From sequence record SRR31156797_2598: a DNA stretch of 64,000 bases; one strand, 5' to 3'. Under the pieces are notes generated by a model. That model saw nothing but the letters and a program-made list of their open reading frames with translations, made no database searches and was not told the origin of the DNA. Both the position numbers and the translations under genes were made by a program. Shown here one piece after another: positions 10,323-20,098 of this stretch. The first letter of the stretch is position 1, and every line of letters begins with the position of its first letter.

Positions 10323-11659
10323 TGAAATTCAATTTTAAATTCAACGATTACGTCAATATTCTGTTTTTCGGTCTTGTCGCTCTTTTCACAAGGATATACG
10401 AGCATAATCTTGCCGGTGATAATATGATATATGCCGGAGCCTCTAAGAATGTTCTCACCTCGGGAAATCCGCTGATAATGTCTATAGGCGGAGATGTTTA
10501 TATGAATAAGCCACCTTTGATGTTCTGGATAAATTCAGTTTTCCTATACGCCTTCGGAACCAATGTTTTTGCAGCTAAATTTGCGTCCATTATGTTTACA
10601 GTTCTGCTGATGCTTCTGATATTCAGGATAACGGTTAAAGCATTCGATGAGATAAACGCAGGCTACCTTGCTGTACTCTTTTTTATTATAAACTATACGG
10701 TGTTTAAAAATTCTCAGGCGTGCAGGCTGGAAAGCCTTCTGACACTGCTTCTGATTATAAGCATTGTAATGGCATTTAGGTATATGCAAACAGGGAAGGC
10801 GGCATACCTTATGGCTGCTGGTTTTGCTTGCGGTCTGATAGTTCTCACAAAAGGGCTTTTAGGTATAGGCTTTTATGTGATTATTTTAGTCTATCTGCTT
10901 ATCTTCCACAGGAGAGCCGGAGCCTGGAAACTGTTGCTGGATACAGGGCTTAGCTTTGCTGTTTTTTTTGTATCCTTTGGATGGTGGTACGCCTACGCTT
11001 TTATAAAAACCGATCTGTATAATGTACTTGTGATCGAGCAGAGCCTTAAAAGAGCATCTGTATCTGGCGGGAAAGACTACAGCCAGTATCCTGTTTATGA
11101 GTATCTCCTGCATCTGGTCAAATATCATTTTTACTTAATCCCGTTCACTGTAATAGGGATCAGGAAGAAGGTATGGAGAATGATTAGGCACGACGGAGTA
11201 AGGCTCTCAATTTTCATTTCAGTCATATATTTTATAGCAATCCACTTTATCGCAACGAAGCCTGAAAGATACCTCTACCCTCTTATGCCTATGCTAAGCA
11301 TTGCTGCCGGAGTTGGGCTTGCCGGCTATGTCAAATTCAGCATGAAGCGAGTAGTCGCTGGTCTGTACCTGTTCTTTTTATGTCTTATGACTATTTACCC
11401 TGCTGAGACTGGTCAGCCCGGATACAATGTTCTTGAGAAAACTAAAGAGATAGCTGACAGGAATGATCTGAAAATCTGCGTCGATAAATCCTTCAGGGAT
11501 AAGTGGGAACATAAGGGCGCACTGGACTTCTATTTTGATAGGTCTGACTTTCAGATAGGTCTTTGCAGTGAAGATAGTGTAAATGTAGTCCGCAGAAACC
11601 ATGATTGCCCTGGGAAAATTCTTTTCCATAATAAAAGGCTGAATGTCTGTATCAACTAG
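10322..11659 (+). CDS. ArnT/PMT-family (GT-C) membrane glycosyltransferase, copy 2
   Basis: YMNKPPLMFW, LTKG and ERY motifs. Same length as and collinear with copy 1; TGATG coupling. Confidence 0.85.
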   Translation: MKFNFKFNDYVNILFFGLVALFTRIYEHNLAGDNMIYAGASKNVLTSGNPLIMSIGGDVYMNKPPLMFWINSVFLYAFGTNVFAAKFASIMFTVLLMLLIFRITVKAFDEINAGYLAVLFFIINYTVFKNSQACRLESLLTLLLIISIVMAFRYMQTGKAAYLMAAGFACGLIVLTKGLLGIGFYVIILVYLLIFHRRAGAWKLLLDTGLSFAVFFVSFGWWYAYAFIKTDLYNVLVIEQSLKRASVSGGKDYSQYPVYEYLLHLVKYHFYLIPFTVIGIRKKVWRMIRHDGVRLSIFISVIYFIAIHFIATKPERYLYPLMPMLSIAAGVGLAGYVKFSMKRVVAGLYLFFLCLMTIYPAETGQPGYNVLEKTKEIADRNDLKICVDKSFRDKWEHKGALDFYFDRSDFQIGLCSEDSVNVVRRNHDCPGKILFHNKRLNVCIN

Positions 11660-11765
11660 TTACCAGAAGGGAATAACGTCAGCGTTCGTTAAGCTAATGC
11701 ATTCGGTAGCAAAAGAGGGCTGGCTGTTTCCACTATAGATAGATAGCTAATAGCCGAAAGGGCTT

Positions 11766-13286
11766 TTACATAAGCCCTAATTTTATCATTTTGTTTCTGA
11801 GTGTGTTCGGATGAAGCCCAAGTATGGTGGCGGCTCCGTTTTTACCGCTTATCCTGCCGTTTGTCTTTTTCAGAATATTTGATATGTGTGATTTGACAAC
11901 CCCGTCGAGAGTTATATCGTCTGATAAGCATATGAACTCTGAATCAGCTCCGGACTGTTGTGTTTCCACAACCTGAATACAGCTGAATTTCAGCTCTTTG
12001 TCGTGGTTTAATATGAGTTCGCGCTCCATAACATTCTGCATCTCTCTTACATTCCCCGGCCAGTCGTAATCGACTAGTTTTTTCATCATGGAGTTACTTA
12101 TCGCAGGTTTGTTCTTTATTCCGAGCTTGGTACACTTCCTCTCAAGTAAATATTCAATGAGGTATGGTATATCCTCTTTTCTCTTTCTGAGTGGTGGTAT
12201 ATCTATTGGGAAGACGGAGAGCCTATACCATAGGTCTTCACGGAAGCTGCCGTCTTTAACCATCTGTTCGAGGTCTCTGTTGGTCGCCGCTATGATTCTA
12301 ACGTTTAGCCTTATCGGAGATTTTCCGCCGAGTCTTTCTATCTCTTTAAACTGTAAAAACCTGAGAAGACGTGCTTGTACTTCCATAGGGAGTTCGCCTA
12401 TTTCATCGAGGAATAGTATCCCTCCGTCAGCACGTTCAAATTTACCTATGTGTCTCGACTGAGCTCCTGTAAAAGCTCCTTTTTCATATCCGAAAAGCTC
12501 ACTGTCTATAAGGTTTTCAGGGATGGAGCCGCAATTCACTTTGACAAAAGGTGCGCTTTTCAGCGGAGAGTTGTTATAGATGTAGCTTGCAATAACTTCC
12601 TTTCCTACACCTGTTTCCCCTGTTATAAGCACTGTGTTATCTAGGTTTACTACCTTATCTGCCTGGGTGAGCACCTTCTTAATGCCTGTTGAACCGGCGA
12701 TATCGGATTCAGCACTTCCTATGATATTTTCAGATAGAGAGAGGTAGTGTCTCTGGATGTTGATGTTCTCTTCTGCAAGTTTATTGTGAGCAAGTGCGTT
12801 GCCCACTGCGAGTATGAAAGCATCCCTCAGTTTGCCTATCATATTGATATGATTCTCAGTGTATCTGTTCTCGCCGTATGCTCTCAAAATTATAAAACCC
12901 GCACTGTCTGTCTTTGATCTGACATTCATGACAATTTCTGATTTGCCGTGTGTGCCTACAAGGTCTAAGAACTCTTTTCCGATTGGAAGGTTAAAAAGAT
13001 CTTCTGCATTATTCAGGATGAAGATGCTGTCAAGGTTCGGAAAAATTTCGGTCAATTTTAATTTATCTGAGAGTTTGACCTGTTTTATGTCTGTGGACTG
13101 CTTGTCTTGTGAGACAACAGCGATCCTGTTTAATGTGTGTTCTTTAAAGTCAAAGATATCGACAAATAATTCATCCAGAGGTATGTGCAGCTTGAGGTAA
13201 TCAAAAGTAGCGTCTATCGCTTCCTGTAGGTTCAAACTGCTGCACAATCTAAGCGTTGCGTTGCTAATAAAATCGTTTATGGGCAT
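11766..13286 (-). CDS. Sigma54-dependent activator, FhlA-like (GAF-AAA+-HTH)
   Basis: GETGVGKE, GAFTGA, FLDEIGE, WPGNVRE and GAATILGLHPNTL. Confidence 0.95.
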   Translation of the reverse strand: MPINDFISNATLRLCSSLNLQEAIDATFDYLKLHIPLDELFVDIFDFKEHTLNRIAVVSQDKQSTDIKQVKLSDKLKLTEIFPNLDSIFILNNAEDLFNLPIGKEFLDLVGTHGKSEIVMNVRSKTDSAGFIILRAYGENRYTENHINMIGKLRDAFILAVGNALAHNKLAEENINIQRHYLSLSENIIGSAESDIAGSTGIKKVLTQADKVVNLDNTVLITGETGVGKEVIASYIYNNSPLKSAPFVKVNCGSIPENLIDSELFGYEKGAFTGAQSRHIGKFERADGGILFLDEIGELPMEVQARLLRFLQFKEIERLGGKSPIRLNVRIIAATNRDLEQMVKDGSFREDLWYRLSVFPIDIPPLRKRKEDIPYLIEYLLERKCTKLGIKNKPAISNSMMKKLVDYDWPGNVREMQNVMERELILNHDKELKFSCIQVVETQQSGADSEFICLSDDITLDGVVKSHISNILKKTNGRISGKNGAATILGLHPNTLRNKMIKLGLM

Positions 13287-13303
13287 ATGACACCAATTCT
13301 AAA

Positions 13304-13368
13304 ACCATATTTGGTAAATAAAAAAAAATTACCATATTTGATAAATAATATTCACCACATTTGAGTAA
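13304..13368. promoter_or_regulatory. Three repeated upstream activator (enhancer) boxes
   Basis: ACCATATTTGGTAAATA (13304), ACCATATTTGATAAATA (13331), ACCACATTTGAGTAA (13354), between the activator gene and a sigma54 promoter. Confidence 0.6.
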
Positions 13369-13417
13369 TTTGCAAGTCAAGATTTTTAAATAGTTGATGA
13401 ATAAGGATAATGGTTAT

Positions 13418-13433
13418 TGGTACGAAGATTGCT
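13418..13433 (+). promoter_or_regulatory. Sigma54 -24/-12 promoter of the porin-cytochrome operon
   Basis: TGGTAC-GAAGA-TTGCT with exact GG-N10-GC spacing. Confidence 0.8.
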
Positions 13434-13556
13434 TAATTATGTGGATAATATGAATAAGGGAGCCTGTGCGCACAGGTTCAAGAAGTGATCTGCAATAAAT
13501 ATGGAGGTGGAAATTAGTTTCTCAGATCATTTTATTTACCTTTTTAAGGAGTGAAT

Positions 13557-14765
13557 ATGAGAAAGAAGGGTTCAGCATTATTGCTGATGTTTATTTTGTC
13601 GACAATAATATTTTTCTCTCAACAAGCCCACTCTGCTGACCTTAGTGGTCGATTTAGTTCAGTTGTAAAATACTATGACAACTATTTCGATTACGATAAA
13701 TCTATGCCTGTTTATCTTTACGGTATGCTCAATGTGAAAGAGATTACCGATGAGGGACTGGTATTTAAGGTTTATGGCCGCTTGGCTGACGATATCAAAG
13801 ACGAACAAAATAAGCACAGCGAGATCTACTACGCCTATTTTGAGCAGAAAGACATCTTTGATAAATTCGATGTTATTTTCGGTCGTCAGTACACATTCAC
13901 ATCAGCAGGTAATGCTCTTGTGGACGGTTTACAAATTAAGTTTAAACCTATGGAACAGCTTAATTTTAAACTTTTTGGCGGTGGTGATGCTAAGTTGGAC
14001 GAAGAGTATGATAGTGATGATAATGTTGTAGGGATTGAAACTTACGGCAGTATCTCAGGTTTCTCGTACAGCCTTGGTTACATGAGGAAGTATGACGAAA
14101 AAGCTATGACGAAGGAACTTTCCGGTCTGGAACTCGATTACAACCACAAAGATCTTATAAGAGTGTACACCGATCTTCAGTACAATATGCTGAATGAGAA
14201 TTTTGCATATGCGCTGACAGGTGCGGCTTTTTATCAGGAGAAGTGGGATGTAACTCTCGAGTATCTTTATTCCATGCCTGTATTCGAATCAACTTCCATT
14301 TACTCAGTTTTTGCGGTTGACGAATACAGAGAGATTTATTCCAGGCTCAGGTATAAGATCCTCAAAGGATTGAGTTCATATATCTCTTATACCAGAGAAA
14401 TATATGAGGAATATGATGATGCCGATGTTTACGAGTTCGGTATCAGTAAAACCAGAACCAACAGATTTCAGGGGTATGTTTCTGCTGTCGTTAGAAAAGA
14501 TGATGCAGAAGGGGATACTAAAGGTTTAAAAACCTACGCATCTTACTTTTTTCATCGTTATGCAGTTCTTGGCGGAGGCATAAATTATGATGTACTTGAA
14601 AAGAGTACAGACGATTCAGATGATACTACATATCGAAGGTATTTCGTTGATGTTACATCGTATTTAACAAAAAAACTTAGCTTGGAAGCGAAGTTTGAGA
14701 CAGTGAATAGTGATCTTTACGATACCTATTACACCACCTCTCTTCGTGCAAGCTTGTCATTCTAG
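13557..14765 (+). CDS. Outer-membrane beta-barrel porin of a porin-cytochrome conduit
   Basis: Signal peptide, Tyr-rich alternating beta pattern, C-terminal Phe (LRASLSF). Precedes multiheme genes. AAGGAG SD before ATG 13557. Confidence 0.75.
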   Translation: MRKKGSALLLMFILSTIIFFSQQAHSADLSGRFSSVVKYYDNYFDYDKSMPVYLYGMLNVKEITDEGLVFKVYGRLADDIKDEQNKHSEIYYAYFEQKDIFDKFDVIFGRQYTFTSAGNALVDGLQIKFKPMEQLNFKLFGGGDAKLDEEYDSDDNVVGIETYGSISGFSYSLGYMRKYDEKAMTKELSGLELDYNHKDLIRVYTDLQYNMLNENFAYALTGAAFYQEKWDVTLEYLYSMPVFESTSIYSVFAVDEYREIYSRLRYKILKGLSSYISYTREIYEEYDDADVYEFGISKTRTNRFQGYVSAVVRKDDAEGDTKGLKTYASYFFHRYAVLGGGINYDVLEKSTDDSDDTTYRRYFVDVTSYLTKKLSLEAKFETVNSDLYDTYYTTSLRASLSF

Positions 14766-14774
14766 GGGGATAGT

Positions 14775-15611
14775 ATGAAAAAGATATTACTATTCGTAAC
14801 AATCCTGGTCATGGCGGTTTTCTCAGTGGTTTATGCTGAGAACACTGTAAAATTTGACCACGAAGCACATCAGGAAATACTCGACGGCGAATCTTGTCAG
14901 ACCTGTCACCTGGACGGGGCTAAAGATATAGTCCCTAAGAAAGAGACATGTATGGAATGCCACGAAGAGCCATTTGTAGACGGTGTGGAGTTTGGTGACA
15001 CTATAACCCACAGAGATTCAAACTATGTTCTCGAACATAAGAACTTTGTAGGAATAGATAAATACGATTGCGCAAGCTGTCATGAGCAAGCATCCTGTGT
15101 AGACTGCCACATAGGCGGGATACCAGAGGAGATGGGTGGTTCAGTTAGTAAAGAGGTCAGGATGCATATGTCTGACTTTATAGTAGGGCACCCGCTCATG
15201 GCGAAAAAAGATCCTCAGTCGTGTATGAACTGTCACGAGAAGAAATACTGCTCAGATTGTCATACACAGTTTACTGATAGTCAGCTTGCCGGTGAATCTC
15301 ACAGGAAGAGCTGGAGCAATCTGCTCACAAGTCCAACGGGAATACAGCACGATACATTTAGCGAGTTCAGTTGTCAGACGTGCCACGTCGACAGTGTCCT
15401 CCCCGCACATGAATGGTCTAACAACCATGCGAGGGATGCGCGGAAAAATCTTGCTAGTTGTCAGACGTGTCACTCAACAGGGGATACGTGTATGAAGTGT
15501 CACAGTGCCGTAAACGGACTGAGAGTGAATCCTCACCCGAGTAACTGGGGTGATATCAAAGACAAATTACGTGATGCCAGCGATGGCAGGACGTGTCGAA
15601 AATGCCATTAA
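14775..15611 (+). CDS. Periplasmic decaheme cytochrome c
   Basis: Signal peptide and 10 CxxCH motifs counted. Confidence 0.92.
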   Translation: MKKILLFVTILVMAVFSVVYAENTVKFDHEAHQEILDGESCQTCHLDGAKDIVPKKETCMECHEEPFVDGVEFGDTITHRDSNYVLEHKNFVGIDKYDCASCHEQASCVDCHIGGIPEEMGGSVSKEVRMHMSDFIVGHPLMAKKDPQSCMNCHEKKYCSDCHTQFTDSQLAGESHRKSWSNLLTSPTGIQHDTFSEFSCQTCHVDSVLPAHEWSNNHARDARKNLASCQTCHSTGDTCMKCHSAVNGLRVNPHPSNWGDIKDKLRDASDGRTCRKCH

Positions 15612-15625
15612 TTCAGGAGGCTACT

Positions 15626-18145
15626 ATGTGGCGTTCATTTATTTTAGGAATATTAATTATAACATTTAGCATAATACTTGCTGGATGCGGCGGAGGCGGA
15701 GGTTCCGGAGGCGACAGCACCGGAACAGCAACTTCTCTGACTGATGCAGCAGCAAGAATAGGTATGGACAACTGTATTAGTTGTCACGTTGGCGGAACAG
15801 CTGACGGTAGTTTAAAGTTTACAGAAGCTTATCAGAAGTGGCTTGTAGGCCCTCACGGTAACTTCCAGTATAAAATTGCAGCGGCTGACGGAGATGCGAC
15901 AGAGATCGCAGACGGATATGCAGCAACATCTCACGGAGAAGACAGACTGTACTTTACATATAACCACTTCTCAGACTGGCACTATAATGATAACAACAAC
16001 GTAGCTTTTGCTAAATTTGTTGGGTATCCTGTGCTCGCTGATATAGATGATGAGTGTAAGGTCTGTCACGGTCCTTCATCCTTAGACAACAGCGCTATTT
16101 CATCCCTTCCGGTAGTAGGTGCAATTACATCAGTTATCGCTCAAGCCAGCAGGGGTATAGTTCCTGACTGGAACAACGAGCTGACTGGTGCGGCAAACAA
16201 TATCTCTGTAGATTGGGATGTTGCTAATCAGAAAGCGAGAGCAGTTATCGGTTGTGAGTCTTGTCACGGTGGCGGAAGTATGCACCAGATAGACCCTAAT
16301 CTGCTTCCAAGCTTTACGCCAGATGCAGAGACATGCGGGACATGCCATAACTCTGGTCACGCAGGAAGTATCCTATCAGACTATCAGGCTTCTCCTCACG
16401 CTGTAAGTCTTTCTGGCAACACACACATTACTGCGGATGATGATGGAAAGATCAGCAACGCAAGATGTGCTAAGTGTCACACAGACGAAGGCGCAAGAGA
16501 ATATGTTGACTATGATTCTGAAACCTATTCAGGACTTAAAACAACATTTGAGAACTTTGACAAGATGGCATACGCAGACGTTTCAGACGTTTCATGCCGA
16601 ACATGTCACGATGCACATAACCCGCATGAGTACCTCGAGCCTGCAACAGTCACTGCTGGAGCTATAACAAAATCAGCGCAGTACAACACTTGTACAAACT
16701 GCCACCAGCACTCTGACTCAGCAGGAACAGATATAGTTGAGCCTTATCACCATCCGGTAACAACAGACCACGCATCTGCTAACCAGCATGGAGCATGGAA
16801 TGAAGTTATCATAGATACTCACTTTGATAAGATAACTAAAACGACTGCTGAGACTATTCAGGGTTATGTTATAGATATGGATGCTGAAGACGCATGCTCA
16901 TCTTGCCACAACCCACACACTTCAGATAATACTATCAATGAGCAGTGGGCGGAATCAGGGCACGGCGGTAAGATTAAAACTGTAAAAGACGATGCTTATA
17001 CAGCTGACAACGCAGTGGACTTACCTGATGTTGACGTAACTGAGACTACTGCTGCAGCTTGGGCACACTACGATTTTAAAGATGCAAGTACACAAGCTTG
17101 CCAGAGATGTCACACTTCAAGTGGCTTCTCTAATTTCGCAACAGACCCAGAGAACTACGATGCTACAACTAACTCTTTCGCTGCAACTGGCGACCAGAGA
17201 GAGATGCTTTACTGCTGGGGTTGTCACTCTGATAACGAAGGTACACTCAGAGATCCTGGTAATGCTGATGCAAGCCTCGTAGACCTCTATGATGCAACTG
17301 CTGCCGGCGATTCAGCTCGTCCACTTCAGCAGGTTGTTAACAGCAGAATCGAAGCTGTTGGCGATCTTGGCAATTCTAATACTTGTGTTCCATGCCACAG
17401 TGGACGCTTCACTGTTCCAGCTATGGTTGAAACTGCATACACAGACGACAGCAGTCTCGACGGTAATAGCGGAGGCTCAGGTACACACTACAAAGACACA
17501 GCAGGTACTATCTACAGATTCGCTGCTTATGAAATGCCAGGGCTTGACTATGAGAACAAGTCATACTTTAAGCACGACAAGATCGGTACAGCTGATGCTG
17601 ACGGCAACGAGCTTTACGAAGGTGTTGGAACAGCAGGTCCGTGTGCAACATGCCACATGACCGGCGATGGCGGACACGAATTTGAAGTTGCTGATTCTTC
17701 AACTGGTACAGGTGTCCCTGCTACGTGTAACGTAGAGTCATGCCACGGTGGACACACAATTCTCACTTCTGAAATTCTCGAGGAAGAGAAAACAGGATTT
17801 GAAGAAGCTGTCACTGCTATGAAGTTTTTCATAGAAAACAACTATGCAAGTGTGACAATCGCACTTTTAGAGAGCTATCCTTATGCGAGTTACACCGGAA
17901 ATACATATACAACAGATTTCGGTGCTAACGATCAGAATGCGTACGGAGCGGTTTATAACTATGTATACATCGCACATGAAGGTGGAGCTTTCGCACACAA
18001 CAGATTTTACGCTAAGCGTGTAATCTTTGATGCGATTGACCTCATGGATAATGGTACGCTTGACGGAACAATCAATCTTACCGGCTATGCAGATGCTTTT
18101 GCATGGTATGGTGGAGATGATGTTACTGCGGTAGCAAGACCGTAG
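15626..18145 (+). CDS. Outer-membrane lipoprotein multiheme cytochrome c (12 CxxCH plus one CX4CH), OmcB/OmcC-like
   Basis: AGGAGG SD before ATG 15626; lipobox LAGC. C-terminal GAFAHN..YAKR.IFD.ID..DNG.LD resembles the Geobacter OmcB family as recalled. Confidence 0.88.
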   Translation: MWRSFILGILIITFSIILAGCGGGGGSGGDSTGTATSLTDAAARIGMDNCISCHVGGTADGSLKFTEAYQKWLVGPHGNFQYKIAAADGDATEIADGYAATSHGEDRLYFTYNHFSDWHYNDNNNVAFAKFVGYPVLADIDDECKVCHGPSSLDNSAISSLPVVGAITSVIAQASRGIVPDWNNELTGAANNISVDWDVANQKARAVIGCESCHGGGSMHQIDPNLLPSFTPDAETCGTCHNSGHAGSILSDYQASPHAVSLSGNTHITADDDGKISNARCAKCHTDEGAREYVDYDSETYSGLKTTFENFDKMAYADVSDVSCRTCHDAHNPHEYLEPATVTAGAITKSAQYNTCTNCHQHSDSAGTDIVEPYHHPVTTDHASANQHGAWNEVIIDTHFDKITKTTAETIQGYVIDMDAEDACSSCHNPHTSDNTINEQWAESGHGGKIKTVKDDAYTADNAVDLPDVDVTETTAAAWAHYDFKDASTQACQRCHTSSGFSNFATDPENYDATTNSFAATGDQREMLYCWGCHSDNEGTLRDPGNADASLVDLYDATAAGDSARPLQQVVNSRIEAVGDLGNSNTCVPCHSGRFTVPAMVETAYTDDSSLDGNSGGSGTHYKDTAGTIYRFAAYEMPGLDYENKSYFKHDKIGTADADGNELYEGVGTAGPCATCHMTGDGGHEFEVADSSTGTGVPATCNVESCHGGHTILTSEILEEEKTGFEEAVTAMKFFIENNYASVTIALLESYPYASYTGNTYTTDFGANDQNAYGAVYNYVYIAHEGGAFAHNRFYAKRVIFDAIDLMDNGTLDGTINLTGYADAFAWYGGDDVTAVARP

Positions 18146-18165
18146 ATTAATTTATCCTATATTTA

Positions 18166-18200
18166 AGGGGCAGGGGGGAAACTCTTTGCCCCTATTATTT
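18166..18200 (+). terminator. Terminator-like hairpin after the multiheme lipoprotein
   Basis: AGGGGCAGGGG-GGAAA-CTCTTTGCCCCT followed by ATTATTT. Confidence 0.6.
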
Positions 18201-18245
18201 ATTTAACTGATTGTATTGAATCAATTTATTATGTGGAGATTAGTA

Positions 18246-18725
18246 ATGAGTGATTTGGAATGGTGTGATGATATTCTGAGTAGGAGCAGTGGTAATACTG
18301 TTGAGTTGAGCTGCTTTATGTCTGAGAGGGACGGAGAACCGGTTTTATGTTTTAGTGCGATCAATATATCTTATCTGCTTTACTGGATTTTTAATGGAGT
18401 TGAGAAAATATCAATCAATTCAGGTAGATGCAGTAAGTGCCCTCTGCAGTGCGGTAGAGAAGAGCTAACCCGTAGGCTATATCTTTTGCATAAGTTCTGT
18501 TTGAAAGCTGAGATATGCTTTTTACCTGCAAAATATGGTTCCGACTGGATTGAAGTTAAAGTGGAAAACAGAAGGAAAGCGCCTTTCAGATCAAAATCTT
18601 TATCAAAACAAGCAAGGTATATGTACAGCGAAATGCTGGACGATTATAATGATAGAAGTAGATTTAGAGTTTCTGGAGATAGGCTGAATAGCAAAATTAA
18701 ATCTATGCTGCAAGCTATAACCTGA
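18246..18725 (+). CDS. Cys-containing protein, paralog of the central domain of the polyferredoxin at 26708-27727
   Basis: WC..ILS...C...C...I..YLLYWI..GV..IS..S.RC..C pattern shared with 26708-27727. GGAGA SD before ATG 18246. Confidence 0.65.
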   Translation: MSDLEWCDDILSRSSGNTVELSCFMSERDGEPVLCFSAINISYLLYWIFNGVEKISINSGRCSKCPLQCGREELTRRLYLLHKFCLKAEICFLPAKYGSDWIEVKVENRRKAPFRSKSLSKQARYMYSEMLDDYNDRSRFRVSGDRLNSKIKSMLQAIT

Positions 18726-18921
18726 AAATAGAGGTAGCTAGAAGCATCCCGTTATAAATGTGGGTGAAAATATTAATTTTAAGCTATGAAGCTATATACG
18801 ATACTTACACAGCCTCAGAAGAAATCAATTAGGCTTACATGCTAAGGAGAAGATTGAGTATTAGTTTGAGACTAAATAAAATACCAACATACAAATCAAT
18901 ATCAATCGCCAAGTAAGTATT

Positions 18922-19617
18922 CTATTTATCTGCAATAAACATATACCCTTCTCCCCACACAGTTTTGATATATTTTGGTGATTTTGGGTCATCATTAAGT
19001 TTAGTTCTTAATCTGCTTACAGAAATGTCCACCGTTCTGTTGTATGCATTACTGTCGAACCCTGTAAGTTCATTATGGATTCTGTCTCTGGTCAGGAGAA
19101 TATAAGGGTTACGTACCATTAATGATAATATTATAAATTCTGTATTTGTCAGCTCAAGGCAATAGTTATTTAGAGTCACCTTAAGCTTATCTGTATCAAC
19201 AAAAAGGTCTCCATACTGGTGAACAGGAAAATCCTCTATAAGCCTTTCTGAGGACTCAAAGCGTTTAATCACAGCATAAATTCTGGCAATAAGCTCTCTA
19301 GGCTCAAAAGGCTTGGCGAGATAATCATCGGCACCTGCTTCCAAGCCTGCAATTCTGTCTTCGACTCCACCTCTTGCTGAAAGCATTATAATCGGGATAT
19401 CAGATTCCTTTCTAACCTTTTTGCAAATATCAAAGCCGTTTATATGAGGCATCATAATATCAAGTATGATTACTGACGGTTTAGATGACTTAAGATATTT
19501 TTCTAGCATCAGTGGGTTGTTTATTACATCTACTGAGTACGAATAGTCACGTAAATACCTACTGAGCATTTGGCACATCTTGAGATCGTCATCAACAATC
19601 AAAATATTTCGAGGCAT
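18922..19617 (-). CDS. OmpR-family response regulator
   Basis: DDD, LDIMMP, AKPF, RTVDISVSRLR and WGEGY motifs. Confidence 0.95.
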   Translation of the reverse strand: MPRNILIVDDDLKMCQMLSRYLRDYSYSVDVINNPLMLEKYLKSSKPSVIILDIMMPHINGFDICKKVRKESDIPIIMLSARGGVEDRIAGLEAGADDYLAKPFEPRELIARIYAVIKRFESSERLIEDFPVHQYGDLFVDTDKLKVTLNNYCLELTNTEFIILSLMVRNPYILLTRDRIHNELTGFDSNAYNRTVDISVSRLRTKLNDDPKSPKYIKTVWGEGYMFIADK

Positions 19618-19624
19618 TCGTCAC

Positions 19625-19714
19625 CTATTTTGGCATGAGAAATAATGATGCTATAACTGCAACAATAAATATAAATGCCATTAAGAAAAATGCAATGTTG
19701 TTTAGCTTTTTCAT
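19625..19714 (-). CDS. 29-aa single-TM small membrane protein (MKKLNNIAFFLMAFIFIVAVIASLFLMPK)
   Basis: Translated by hand. Fills the gap exactly: starts 4 nt after the upstream stop, and its TAG overlaps the AGGTGA SD of the regulator. Confidence 0.6.
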   Translation of the reverse strand: MKKLNNIAFFLMAFIFIVAVIASLFLMPK

Positions 19715-19718
19715 ATTG

Positions 19719-20081
19719 TTACCCGTGAGCTTTTACTTTTTCTATATCTGCATATAGAGTAATGTCATTGCCGAAATGGACAAGGTATTCTCCTTCAACT
19801 GGTATCCAGTATCCATCATAGACCACACTGTTTTCAGCCTGAGCTACACATCTTACAGGTTCACCTGTCTTCTTTGCTTCTCCTGCTCTGCAGCCTGTAT
19901 GGTTGCCTGGGAGAGAGGAACATTTCTGTCCTGTTGATATACCATACTGTTTATATATCTCGTTAACTGCGATAATATCATGCTTGTATGTAATAAGCAT
20001 GACTGGAGCAGGGTAGTTACCCCACATTAAATTAAATGCTTCAATGACTTCTTCTTTTGACTTTTTGTTTAAAACGCTCAT
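19719..20081 (-). CDS. Small hypothetical protein (PAS-like pattern, Cys/His residues)
   Basis: AGGAG SD; W...PAPVMLI...H.IIAVN and C...H.GC motifs. Confidence 0.65.
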   Translation of the reverse strand: MSVLNKKSKEEVIEAFNLMWGNYPAPVMLITYKHDIIAVNEIYKQYGISTGQKCSSLPGNHTGCRAGEAKKTGEPVRCVAQAENSVVYDGYWIPVEGEYLVHFGNDITLYADIEKVKAHG

Positions 20082-20098
20082 TTGATGATCTCCTTTTG

